Assembly: GCA_031835245.2 (NCBI GenBank)
Contig: JAVKOQ020000098.1
Span: 62,001 to 126,000 of the forward strand
DNA length: 64,000 nt
Source: Balamuthia mandrillaris
Lineage: Eukaryota
Direction: 5' to 3'
Position 1 is the stretch's first letter. Every line of letters begins with the position of its first letter. The notes under the pieces were generated by a model that was not told the origin of the DNA, made no database searches, and was given only the letters and a program-made list of their open reading frames with translations. Positions 11,759 to 23,024 of this stretch are shown here, piece by piece. The position numbers were made by a program, and so were the translations under genes.

Positions 11759-12829
11759 TTAAATGTGGCGTTCTAACCATGAGGCCATCTTTGTGGGAAG
11801 GAGCACGGCGCTTGGATCCTCGAAATTGGCGGTAATGCTCCACGTCTTATCAACCAGCTCCTGCGTCAACTCCCCAACAGCACGGTCATGCTTCACGGCG
11901 ATCGTGTCGACCGCTGTGTCGAACGTTCGCGTTGTGAGTGAGCGCCTTAGAAGACCAGCAAACACGATCCTTACCTGCCGCAAAGGCTTGTTTGCCCATG
12001 GCATCTTGGCAGACGGTCTCGATGGCCTTCACCAACGGGACCAAAAGGTACTGGGATTGACCTTCCGTCAAGATCGTGCAGGTGACCTTGCTCTCTGCAG
12101 CATGGAGGAAAGAGTCGATGTCAACGTTCAAGCTCATCTGTTTTCCTGCCGCGGCCGATATCTGTTGCGCGAACATCGGCACCTCCTTGGTGTTGTACTC
12201 TCGAGCCAGCTTTTTCTCTTTCAGACCGGCCTTGCCCGAGAGACCCTGCAGTAGATGGTTCCCATTAGTGACAATGTCGCAGAAGGGACATCATCTTTTG
12301 TTTTTTGTTTCGAAGAAAGCTCCCAACGGACCGTCAACACGGTGGCGGAGGTAGAGCCAGTGATGGCCGTGTGCCCGGCAAAGGTTCTGTCCAACAGGGC
12401 AGCAACATCGGCAAACCACTCGTCCCACTCCAAATCCGCCGCCATGGTTTTCTTCTTGTGGGACCCCACGGAGGGTTTGCCATGGACGTAATCGTAGAGG
12501 AAGATGCCGTCCTTGGTGTCGCTTCGACAGAGCATCCCCGGACCGTGGCGCTCTCCGTTTGCCCACAATCCGACGTACCTTGATATCATCATTCACAAAG
12601 AAGAAGCATTCAGAGAAAGGAATGGTCCCTAAGAACCGGACCAGGTTTTTTACCTGCTGCCATCCGCGTATTGCTCCTGGCCACGACCATGCTTACCGTC
12701 GTACTGCCATTCTCCCAGGAATGTCGTGCCTGAGGTCATGTCCGTCAATTCTCCCACTCCATGTCTATGCCCTTTCTCCCATTGTCCTCTGCACACGTTC
12801 TCGCGTTAACTCAAAAAGCAAGCGAAAAA

Positions 12830-12883
<54 letters not shown>

Positions 12884-13419
12884 CGAGAGAAAAGAAATAA
12901 ACTCGGACCTGTACTGCCCCACAAAGCGATCCGGGTTTCGCTCGAAAATGGGTGCCTTACCAAAGCCTTGCCTGAACCCATTCACGAATTCTCCTTCGTA
13001 CAATGCCAGCTTGTTTCGACCCTCACTGACCACACCTTTTATCACAACAATGTTGTACACAAAAATAAAAGAACCGTTACAACAATAACAAAGAAGACTA
13101 GGAGTGGCCACGAACCAAAGCCATGGGGCAGCCAATAATTTGCGTTGGTTCTGGCTTTGCCCACAAAACGAGAGGTGTAGACGGTCGCCGGGTTCTGTAG
13201 TGAGTTGGCATAAGGGTTCAACACGTAGTTGTGTTGCAAACGATGGATGGCCACCAGGTCGCGCACGTGCATGCTGAAGGGAGGGGGTTTGTCGCTGCGG
13301 GTGTCGATGGCAGCTCCGGTGTAGCTTTGGCCGTCATCGGAGGATTTGAGGGCGTCGATCTCGTTGGCAGACACCGTGACGTGATGGAGCGAGACGCTGG
13401 CTAAACCGCTTGCCTCCAT
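11759..13419 (-). CDS. MORN-repeat protein with a C-terminal uncharacterised domain (multi-exon)
   Basis: YEGEFVNGFRQGFG, GQWEKGHRHGVG, FLGEWQYDGKHGRG, YVGLWANGERHGPG; spliced C-terminus GLKEKKLAREY...VCQDAMGKQAF...WLERHI*. Confidence 0.85.
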
Positions 13420-13770
13420 GTTCCTTTCTCTCTCTCTTCTCTCTTCTCTCTTCTCCTATCTATATCTTTTATTCCCTTAACTATATAGTGTTTTTATATT
13501 AATTGGTAAGGTGGTATAATCTCACCCTACCGTAGTCCAGCACCGCCAACAACGTGGCAAGACGTCTTCCAATGCCATTGTGATCACAAAAAACTTTCAG
13601 TGCAGCGGGCACATTGACGCTAAAAATATCATTATTACTTGAACGAGGGGAATTAATATAGCAACGGCCACCAATGCCCATCACTCCATGACTCCAACCT
13701 TGCCAATTAATAAAAGACCAATCTCCCCTCTGGCCAACTGAGGTTTCTGGCAACTTTCTCCTGTTGGCCA

Positions 13771-13778
13771 CTATAAAA
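13771..13778 (+). promoter_or_regulatory. Candidate TATA box
   Basis: CTATAAAA about 70 nt upstream of ATG 13844, followed by a CAA-rich leader. Confidence 0.5.
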
Positions 13779-13843
13779 TGGAGAGTTTCACGACGAACGA
13801 TTCCTTTTTGTCAAAACCACAAACCAACACAACAATAACAACA

Positions 13844-14290
13844 ATGGCTGAACCCAAACTCTCCCTTACCCAACGCAAGAACATCCGTGATGTCACACCC
13901 GAGATCGATGCCTTGGTGCAGAAGATCAACGCGGCCACTGGCCAGACGTTCTCCTTCGTGGCGGACTACCTCACCATCGTCCAACATGCCCAACATTACA
14001 AGGATGAGCCCGCCCGCTTGGTCAAGGAATACTTGCAACACTTCACCACTGGTTTGGAAAAGTTGTGCGCTGATGATATGAGCAAGGAGGCCTTCGTGGA
14101 TGCCACACCCAAGCGCACCATCACCTTTGTGGTCCTCTCCCCTCAAGAATACGAAGCCGCATTCCCCGGTGTGTCCGGCTTCCACCCCAAGCATCGCCTC
14201 ACTGACGGAGGTTGGGAGATTTGCGTCAGCCAGGAGTTCTTGCCCTCCAATGTCAGCGAGGCTTCCGAGAATCTGGAGGCCCTCTTGTAA
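13844..14290 (+). CDS. Uncharacterised 148-aa intronless protein
   Basis: MAEPKLSLTQRKNIRD...LEKLCADDMSKEAF...LEALL*; C-ending codon bias, ACAATG start context, upstream TATA. Confidence 0.85.
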   Translation: MAEPKLSLTQRKNIRDVTPEIDALVQKINAATGQTFSFVADYLTIVQHAQHYKDEPARLVKEYLQHFTTGLEKLCADDMSKEAFVDATPKRTITFVVLSPQEYEAAFPGVSGFHPKHRLTDGGWEICVSQEFLPSNVSEASENLEALL

Positions 14291-15144
14291 TAGGCGGTCG
14301 GAAGTGTTGCCGGCTCATTCCTAGTTACTGCTGCTGTTGATTGTTGTTGTTTCCTCCACATCACTTGAATAAAAACCAAAACTCTTCGACCCTCCTTTCT
14401 CTCTTTCGTTCTACTCAACTTGTCTGCTTCCCTTATGTTCCTTCACAAAACACCATACGGCAGGTTCCAACGATAGCAATAACGCAACCTCCACCCATGA
14501 CCTTTGTCCTGTCCAACTGCCCCTACTTCTCCTCCACCCGTTTCCTGGTATTCTACTGCTGCTGCAACAACCTTGCGCTATTGTGTGTGCTTTGGAAAAG
14601 GAACAGAGGGCTGATGGGCCTCGACACTTTTTATCCCTGCACAGTGGTCCTGAGCGTTTCCCTTCCTCCTCCTCGTACTTGGTCCAGCGCACATCCTGAC
14701 GAATCCCGTTGCGCGCTTTGCCAACGATATATCACATCCACCAACGACCCAACTGTAGGCCCCAACACGCTGCAAAGTTCGTCATGCCGCAGGGCAAGCA
14801 GACGCAACAACCCGTCCGGGGCCGTTCTAGGTTGCTCTCCAGCCCTTCCGGGTCCCTTCCACAGATCCCGCAAGCAGCCGAAGATCTCACTGCGATTGTA
14901 CACAAATCTATTTTTGTAGACGTCGACAAATACTAATATTTTTATTGTGTTGTTGCTGGAAATTTCTTAGAAATGAGATTTTTCCACAACACCGATTGAG
15001 GAATTCTCAAACCCAGGGCTTTGGGCCTTATTTTTTTAAGGCCCACTTCTTAGGCCCAAAACACGTTTCAAAGTCCTGGGCCTAACTTTTTTAGACACGA
15101 AATTTCCTAGCAAAATTATTTATTCCACTTTATCAATAAAATTG

Positions 15145-16182
15145 TTAATCATCCAAGAGGCGAAGGGGGAAGTCCTGTAAGTCCATGGCAACGAGCTGGT
15201 ACACCAACATCAACAAGACTGCATGAAAGAAAACAGACTGGCCACGGTACTTCTCTGCTGCTAAAGACCAGTTCTTGCCTAAGCCAATGACTGTTTCCAC
15301 CACGCTCCAGTACAACTTTTGCTTTTGATTCCATGAAAGCGGCATATACTTGCTTGGAGTTATCAAGCGATGATGTCTGTACCCACCATCTGCAAGAAGG
15401 TAAATTTGGTTGTCTTCCACAAATGCTCGAAGCCCTGAAATCACGAAGTTGGCTTGGTCGTTGTTATGGCCAAGCATAAGGGCAACATTGTAAAGGTCGC
15501 CAAACAGGGAGCAGGTGATCTGAGCGCCAACAAAGTGAGCGTGCTTGTCGCCACGGTAGAGGTCGCCTTGTCGTGGATGGACTCGATGGCGAAAGTGGGG
15601 TGTGCCATCAAGTGCACCAACAACATTTTCAAAAGGATGAGGACGCCATACCATAGGCCAATGGATGTAATCCAAGTTGGCATAGAGAATAGGAGTGATG
15701 TGGTGGATTTCACGGCAGACATATGGCCGGGACACATGAAACAAGTCTGCAACTCGTTTGTAGCGTCCTCCATCCCGCAGGTAGTTTAGTACTAAAGCCA
15801 GTCGGGCTTTTGGAGCCAGTGTACATGCTGTACGTCGGTGTCTTTGGTTCCGTGGTTGCTGGAGCGCGGCAGAAACACGATGATATATCCGATCAAACTG
15901 GAAGCTCAGAAGGCCCGTATACTTGTGGGGATTAAGTTTACCAGCAAGTGGACCCAAGGAGTTGCGTGGAAGACTTGGAGATTTACGCCAAGGAGTCCTT
16001 CGTTGAGGCCTTCGTGCACCAATATGTCTCTTCCACTTTTTTGTCGCACGCCAGGTGAGTTGTTTGGTCAGCAAAGCTATCAGCATCTGTTGTCTAAGTA
16101 ATAATAAAAATAGGAGCTGTTGTTGAAAGAACAAAACAGAAATCAAAAGCAAAACAGCCCTACCACAAGCGTTCCCCTGCAT
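15145..16182 (-). CDS. Harbinger-type DDE transposase (HTH + DDE_Tnp_4-like)
   Basis: HTH RLALVLNYLRDGGRYKRVADLFHVSR; catalytic triad VGALDGT, YLLADGGY, SVVETVIG. Confidence 0.9.
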   Translation of the reverse strand: MQGNACGRAVLLLISVLFFQQQLLFLLLLRQQMLIALLTKQLTWRATKKWKRHIGARRPQRRTPWRKSPSLPRNSLGPLAGKLNPHKYTGLLSFQFDRIYHRVSAALQQPRNQRHRRTACTLAPKARLALVLNYLRDGGRYKRVADLFHVSRPYVCREIHHITPILYANLDYIHWPMVWRPHPFENVVGALDGTPHFRHRVHPRQGDLYRGDKHAHFVGAQITCSLFGDLYNVALMLGHNNDQANFVISGLRAFVEDNQIYLLADGGYRHHRLITPSKYMPLSWNQKQKLYWSVVETVIGLGKNWSLAAEKYRGQSVFFHAVLLMLVYQLVAMDLQDFPLRLLDD

Positions 16183-16319
16183 CCTTCAATGAGTTTTTTT
16201 TTCTCCCTTTCTTTCTTTGATAGCGGAGAAAAAGATCGGAATTTTATCGCAAGCAAGGAGCAAAAAAAAAAAAATAAAAAAAAATAAAAAAAAAGAACAA
16301 ACAGGAAGAGGTATCTGCC

Positions 16320-17159
16320 ATGAACCCGCCCGCCCCTGCAACGAAGGAGACACCCACCCCTGCAACAAAGGAAGGAACAAGCCCAACGGAGAAGGAGACA
16401 CGCACCTCTTGGACAATAGAGGAAACCCTGGCGTTTGTGGATGTGGTCCACTCCGAAGGCAAGACCTGGGCAAAGGTCCTCAACATCCTCAAAAATGACC
16501 GCCACTTATGTACCAACGTGAGTGATTGGAAACAATTGCGTAAAAAGTGGAATACGTTGACCAAACCAAAAAACCCTTTGGAGAAACGAGTAGAGAGAAA
16601 ACCAACCCGCCTTCAATGGTCGAAAGCAGAAAGGCAACGCCTCACATAAGAGGAAATCAAACAGAAGGAGGCGGAGTTGGCGCAACGTCAACAACATGAA
16701 GTGGAAGAATGTCGTGAGGCGTTGGAAAAAATCAAAAAGGTTGAAGAACGGGAGACTCTTTTGTTGTCAAACAAAAGAAAAAAAGAGGATGAAGTAAGAG
16801 AAGAAATAGAAGAGGAGGAGGATAAAAAACGAGTGAAACGAGAGGAGCGCCTGCAACAATGGCAAGAACTACAACAAAATGAAGCCCAGTTCAGAACGAT
16901 GGTCACCAAAAGCTTGGAAACAACCAACCACGCCATTGAACAACTAGTGACACTTCAGCAACAGTTTTTGCATACATTGCCGCTGCTATTCTCTGGCTTT
17001 CCTGCTTCAACACAATCTTCTTCAACAACCTCTTTAGCTTCCTTGTCAAGTGCGCCCATTGCTTCAGCCACCTCCTCTCTTTTCCCTTCCGTTGGAGCTT
17101 CAACGACCAACACTACCAGATCCACCACAGCTCCACCTTCGCCACAAGATTTGCCATAG
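16320..17159 (+). pseudogene. Myb/SANT-like DNA-binding ORF of the transposon, interrupted by an in-frame TAA at 16647-16649
   Basis: SWTIEETLAFV...KTWAKV...WKQLRKKWNTL tryptophan repeat; the same frame resumes after TAA (EEIKQKEAELAQRQQ...) into a coiled coil. Confidence 0.8.
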
Positions 17160-18418
17160 ATACTATTTGACGATTTTTATTGATTAACACGAATTTTTTT
17201 ATTGTCAAAAATCAAGGGCTTGGACTTTGAAACGATTTTTTTGGTTTTCTGGGCCTGGGCCTAGATTTTTAGGCCCGTCGACACAAAAACCCCGAAATCT
17301 CCTGGAAAACAACAAATAAGGCCCAGGTCCTGGGTTTGAGAATTCCTCATTTGAGTACTATCTTTACATTCTTCGGATTTTTTATATTTGGTGTCCTTTA
17401 CTCAAAAGAAACTACAAGCGTTTGTTTTTCCTTGTTGTACTTGATCGAGACAGACGGCGCTATCTTTGCATGGGCAGCTTGTCCTCCAGCTCCAAACGCT
17501 TTGTGCGGCATAGCAGAAGAAAACGGCGAGGCGGCAAACTCTGCTGCGGTTGTGTAGGTATGCTCAGCTTATAGCCCCACCCCAAATCGAGTAGAAAGAA
17601 GGAGGAATTCGCGCAGCCACCTTGACAGGAAGACGGGTTCCTTTTTCTACTATGCGTTTTTTCATTTCCTCCCAGAGGCTTGAAAAACAAAACCATCAAC
17701 TTCTTGCGGCGGCGCACAAACAACGTCCCCCCGCTTCATGTTTTGTTTCCCCCTTTTAATTTTTCTTTATCCTTTTTGGCAAATTATCCCCTGAGTTGGC
17801 ACATTTGCCATCTCTGCCACCATTTTGGCATTGTACAGGCTGCGATAAAAAAGATTTTTCTGGTAAAACTTTCGCAGTATGTTGCTAGGTAACAGATGTA
17901 TAATAGTAAGTGCTCCTCAGGTCTATACCAAATGAATGCACCCTCAGGCTCATTCCCAGTAAGAACTGAGGTTGCCAGGCAAGGCTTGTCTGGGTGATGG
18001 AGTGGTGCTCGGCGGCGAGAAAGGAGTGTAATGGGCGCTGAGAAACAATCATTTGGAAACAGTCGTTGGGAAACTGCCAGTTGGCAGTAATATAAAAGGG
18101 TAAACTTGGTAAACTAAAAAAATTTGACTCACAACAAGATGTCACTCCCGACAGTGATCAGCAGTTTTAGCAAAGCGGACAGTGTTATACGGGAGGTAAA
18201 TATATGTCGACCACTCTCATCTCCGCTCTCCCATCGTATCTCCTGTCCATGAAAAAAGTCGGCATTAATTTGCCATGTCGACGTGGACCAAAAAACAAAA
18301 AAGTAAGAAAGAAAAAAAGTTAAACAAAAAAGAATCAATCCATCTGATTCGGTTGCTTCCTCCACGATAAAATAATTAAAAAAAGCTTGGTTCGGGCGGG
18401 AGAGAGCAGCTAGCTACA

Positions 18419-18738
18419 ATGTCGCGGAATGGAATATGGCAGATGAAAAGGTTGATCGTGCAGTGGTGTGACTGGGGCGGTAGCAGTCGCGGAGTAAGGT
18501 ACTTGCACACTCACTCAACCTTCTTGTGATGTTTAAAAAAAAACCCGTTTTAATTTTTGTTTTGTTGTTGCTTCGGAAAGAGAGTTTTTGAAAACACAGT
18601 ACCCGGCCTTTGCTGAAAGAAACCCTCAAATAGAAGCGGAGGCAGTGCTCCGCCGTGGCCGACACCCTCACCTCATCGCCGAATACAGTACGCTTTTCTT
18701 CTCTTATGCTCGTCTCTTATTATGTTCTCTCTCCTCCT

Positions 18739-18785
<47 letters not shown>

Positions 18786-19029
18786 CTTTCTTCTCTCTTC
18801 CCTCTTCCCTCTTCCATTTCTTTTGTTGTTTCTCTAATCTCTACAAACAGTCAATGGACGCAGAAGGAAGGTATGCGTGAAGAACGTCGACCCGCTGGAG
18901 GTTACTCGCGTGGCGCAATATCTGCGGGATCAGTGGGGTGGTAAGAACCCAAAGGGTGGCGCTCGACCCGTTTACACGAGTCGGCCAAGCGTGCAAGGCA
19001 TTTGGAACCCTTTTCTTAACATTCAGTGA
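18419..19029 (+). CDS. MRPL43: Mitochondrial large-subunit ribosomal protein mL43 (3 exons)
   Basis: Spliced MSRNGIWQMKRLIVQWCDWGGSSRGVR/EFL...FAERNPQI...RRGRHPHLIAEY/..NG...PSVQGIWNPF. Confidence 0.92.
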
Positions 19030-19099
19030 TCTTATTTCTTTTTGTCTCATTCAATAAGTTACCTTCTTGTTCTTCTCCCTTGCCTCCTATATCTTGTTT

Positions 19100-19182
19100 T
19101 TGTTCTTGTTCTTCTTGCTCTTGTGCTTCGTCTTCTTTCCTCCCTTCTTCCTTCTTATTCTTCTTGTTCTTCTTCTTCTTCT

Positions 19183-19221
<39 letters not shown>

Positions 19222-19330
19222 TCTTCTTGTTCTTCTTCTTGTTCTTCTTCTTCTTCTTCTTCTTCTTCTTCTTCTTCTTCTTCTTCTTCTTCTTCTTCTG
19301 CTTCGTTCTTCTTCTCTTCTTCTTTCTCTT
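19100..19330. repeat. (CTT)n-rich microsatellite between convergent genes
   Basis: Tandem repeat seen directly. Confidence 0.85.
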
Positions 19331-19347
19331 ATTATAGGCAACGAGAT

Positions 19348-21924
19348 TTATTTTCTTGAAGAAGAAGAGGTAGAGGAAGAAGCAGAGGATGAAGAAGAAC
19401 GAGGCAGCGTAAGAAAGACGAGTTTGCCCTGTTCGTTGAGCGTGACGGGAGGACAGAACCGTCGCGCATAACGACGCTTCCACCAACCTTCTCCGCACAC
19501 TTCCCATTCGCTCTCCGCTCTCTTTCTTCTTTCCTCCTTTTCGTCTTCGGTTTCTTCCTCCTCTTCCATACCTTTCCAATCCCATCCTTCCCCCTTTTCT
19601 TCATTTTCTTCCTCTTTCTCTTTCCTGCTTACTGTTCGTTTCTTCCCGCTCTCCTTCACGTCTTTCTTCCTTCTTTCTGATGATGAAGTCAAGTCAGCAA
19701 AGCGATACTCGTAGAGAGACACTCGTATTATCTTAGGTGGATTGTTGATGTTATCGATGCCGTTCTCGTCATCACTCAGCAACAACGCATTCACCTCCCT
19801 CGATCCACGCAAGAGCTCCCTCAAGAACGAGTTGAGCCACGCCATCCTCATGCTTGCCGCCGGCGACAAGCTAACAAATTGACAGAACCACAACCTCCAG
19901 TCAAGCCTCGGTAAGTGCCCCCACCACAACTTGCTCCATTTCTTCATGCATTGCTCGTTTGCTACTTTATCCTCTTTTTGTAGATGTAAAGAAGGACCAC
20001 CAGAGGGCTTGTAGAGGAAACGATATTCGTGCCAGTGCTTCCAGTCGTGGCTTCCTTCGATGATGACCTCCAGACGTTGCTTCGTCATGCGGCCAAAGAG
20101 TCCATAATAGTTGACCATGCTCCAGAGCTTGAGGTACCTATGGCAGCTCCATTTATGCCATCCTTTCCATAGCACTATCCTTCCTGTTTTGTTGTTTCCC
20201 AAACTATCAGAAGAAAGAAGTAGGATGCAGAAAGGAGAAATGAAGAATGAAGCAAGACACAAACGAGGACGGAGAAGAAGAAGGAAAAGAAGAAAGAACC
20301 TTTGGAGAGGTCAGCAAAGGGACCCAACGAGTTGATCAAGATAAAGAGCACAAACAGCAAAGCGAACGCCAAACACGTCCACTCGACAATCCACCTCAAC
20401 GGGTCCTCCAAGTAGAAGGAAAACACCGAAGACGTAGAAGGCAGCGGAGCGAAGTTGAAGCGAGACCACCACTCGTCCACAATCTCCTTCACGAACGTTG
20501 GCCAAAAGGTATCAGGCACGACCGTCACAACAAGAAAGCCTGAAAGCAAGTTAAACGTTCCATAATAGCCCGTTGCAAAGATGCCAACTTGCAGGCTGAT
20601 AACGAGCAGGGCACCTCCAACGGAAGTCCAAGGAAAGAGGCAGAGAAAGGGCGCGAAAAGCTCCACGAGAAAGTGAAAGTAGACGCAGACACGATGGGCT
20701 CCGTTGGGAAGAAGGTGGTAGGCATAGAAGGAGAAGAAGTTGGGAAGCGGTTGACTCCAATAGTGGTAGTTGAGTGCCGTGCCGTCTCGCCAAGCCGGGT
20801 CTTTGGTCAGCAGCTTGACAATACCTGTGTTTTTGGTTTCGTTGTTATGTTACTTGTTTCTTTCCTCTCTCCCTTGCTTTTGCTTCCACAGCTTTGCTCT
20901 CCTATCCACTCTTGAAAACGGCAATCGTACCAGAGCCAAACATCAACCGAAAGGTCAACCAAACCAGCAACCAATGGACCGTGTGGGAGGCAGCCGTGTG
21001 CTCCATGAGTCCTCGGCTTTGCTGCAAGAGAGTCTCCACCATCACCAGAAAGGCGGCCTCCAACAACAAAGAGTCAAACTGGAGGGCAAAAAACTCCCTC
21101 CCCACAACCTTGAGCGAAAGGAACAAGAACCAGGCGGCCATCAGGCAAGGCACCACCACCCAACCTACAGGCACCAACACGACCATCAGGCTGGAAAGCG
21201 TGCCACACCAGCAAACGGCAGCAAGGAGCTGGTCCTCGTTCAGGGATGCCAATGCAAGCAAGCACCTCTCCAAGAGGGTCCTCTTGAATGGAAGCGTTGT
21301 GTGAATGTTGTCAAAGGGTGGGGGTGGAGAAGCAGAGATGGTTCTGGAGAGAGGCAGGATCCAGAAGAGAGTGGGTAGGTTGAGAAGGAGCCAACCCCAT
21401 TGTTTAAGACTGAGTTCATGTCGTTTATCATTTGTTGAAGAGGAAGAAGAGGAAGAAGAAGCGGAAGAAGAACCGAGTTTGTGGAGGAGAAGAGCATGAA
21501 GAGTTTTACGAATGGGCAGAATGCCGTTGGTACCAATGAGGCCGAATATCTGGGAGCGAATGGAAAGAAAGGAGAGCAGGAAGGTGAAGCCCAACAGCCG
21601 CACAAACAGGAAAAAGCTATAGTGGTAAGTGGTAGTTGAGGCAGCAGAAGGGTTGAAGAAGAAGAAGAAGTGAACGCTGAAGGAGAGAATGGCGGTGGCA
21701 AAGACGAGCCCGACCACCCATGGGTAGCGTTGGTCTATGCACTTGTCGATCAGCAGGTCGTTCCATAGCGTCCACCAGAGGTTAACTTTGTGGCCTGTCT
21801 TTTTGTTCGTGTTTTGTGCGGCGGAAAAGGGTGAAGAAATGGGTTTGTTTTGTTGTTGATTCGCGGGTGGTTGCGCAGAAGTGGGGTTACGTCTCACACG
21901 GGGTCCACCTCTGGGATGCTCCAT
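19348..21924 (-). CDS. Lipase maturation factor (LMF1/LMF2 family) membrane protein (multi-exon)
   Basis: FVRLLG...QIFGLIGTNGILP, LQFDSLLLEAAFL, FRLMFGSG, ALNYHYWSQPLP, TGYYGTFNLL, VNYYGLFGRMTKQRLEVIIEGS, HLPRLDWRLWF. Confidence 0.92.
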
Positions 21925-22321
21925 AACGTTGAGAGGATGCCAAGACGTCAGAAGCGTCGTCTGGGAGTGCAGCCTCCTGTTTGCTTCTTTTTCCTCAGGT
22001 TTTGTTTCTTTCGTTCGAATTTCGCTAGAGTTTCCACGTACTTTCATGTGACGTCAGCTTTCCACTCGAAATTCGGAGGGAAACAGATAGAAGAAATGGA
22101 GCGTATCGGCGGAAAATACACAGAATGGTTGTGTAATGCTCTGGTTTCCTGCCCGTTGTCTCGTTCAAGTCGAACCCGTCCTTTGTCTCCTTGCCTCCCT
22201 TCTTCCTCTTCTGTCCACCTATTTATAAAAAAAAATGTTTCCCTCTCCTGTCACTATACCACTACCCGTTTCTTATCAACAACAAGGCAGGCATCCGCAT
22301 CCAACACAACAACACTCACAC

Positions 22322-22864
22322 ATGCATCAACAACAACACCACACGCCTTCCCAACACTTGGAACCCGTGGGCTCCGACAAGGAAAAGAAATTCGAGGAGC
22401 TGGTCAGCCGCTTCCGCGAGGGCATGCTCATCTCCGAGCGCAACGGCCAGCTGCGCGCCCGCCCCATGTACGTCTGCAAGGTCGATGAACACGAGGACCT
22501 CTGGTTCGCCACGGGGCTGCACAGCGAGAAGGTCCAGGAGCTGGAGAAGAATCCCCACGTCTGCGTGACCTTCCAGGACAATGGCCACTTCATCTCCATC
22601 TCCGGCACGGCCAGCGTGGTCTCCAGCGAGGCCGCCAAGAGGGAGCTGTGGAGCGTGCACCTCAAGCCTTACTTCCCCGAGGGCCCAGAGGACAAGGAGT
22701 TATCCTTCGTCAAAGTCCGCAGCCAATGGGGCGAGTACTGGGACACCAGCGGGGTGGGCAGGACCATCAAGTCCGTGATGAGCGCCGGCAAGGCCGTCAT
22801 GTCCGGGGAGAAGGTCAACCCGGAGGACATGGGTGACTCGGCCAAAGTGGAACTCTCCAAGTAG
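22322..22864 (+). CDS. General stress protein 26 / pyridoxamine 5'-phosphate oxidase-like FMN-binding split-barrel protein (intronless)
   Basis: GQLRARPM, LWFAT...SEKVQELEKNPHVCVTF, FISISGTASV, ELWS..LKPYFPEGPED, GEYWD; TATTTATAAA at about 22220. Confidence 0.88.
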   Translation: MHQQQHHTPSQHLEPVGSDKEKKFEELVSRFREGMLISERNGQLRARPMYVCKVDEHEDLWFATGLHSEKVQELEKNPHVCVTFQDNGHFISISGTASVVSSEAAKRELWSVHLKPYFPEGPEDKELSFVKVRSQWGEYWDTSGVGRTIKSVMSAGKAVMSGEKVNPEDMGDSAKVELSK

Positions 22865-23024
22865 CGATAGCAGTTGTTCAAAACAAAACAAAGAGCCTGA
22901 AAAACCACAACAAACAAACAAAAAAGAATGGTTTAGCAACAACCACAACATAGAGAACCACATTTTTTTTTCATTTGTCAAACACATTTGCATTCATGCG
23001 AATAATTTTATTCTGCATTGCACC

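Larger units (their letters stand above)
14998..17348. mobile_element. PIF/Harbinger-superfamily (PHIS) DNA transposon, 2351 bp, ATT target-site duplication
   Basis: 20-bp perfect TIR GAGGAATTCTCAAACCCAGG (14998-15017 / 17329-17348) extending imperfectly; ATT on both flanks (14995-14997, 17349-17351); divergent DDE transposase and Myb/SANT-like ORFs. Confidence 0.93.

Noticed and set aside
13499..13771. 90-aa minus-strand ORF
   Set aside because: Lies in the divergent promoter region, starts at a non-ATG codon and has no motifs.
14341..14936. Overlapping short ORFs left of the transposon
   Set aside because: No consistent coding frame or homology recognised; could be decayed sequence.
14997..17349. 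Alternative transposon boundary including one more T/A pair
   Set aside because: Flanks would then not form a direct repeat; the 14998-17348 boundary gives a clean ATT duplication.
17352..18400. About 1 kb without a clear gene; checked for RNA genes or another element
   Set aside because: No tRNA, snRNA or terminal-repeat pattern recognised by eye.
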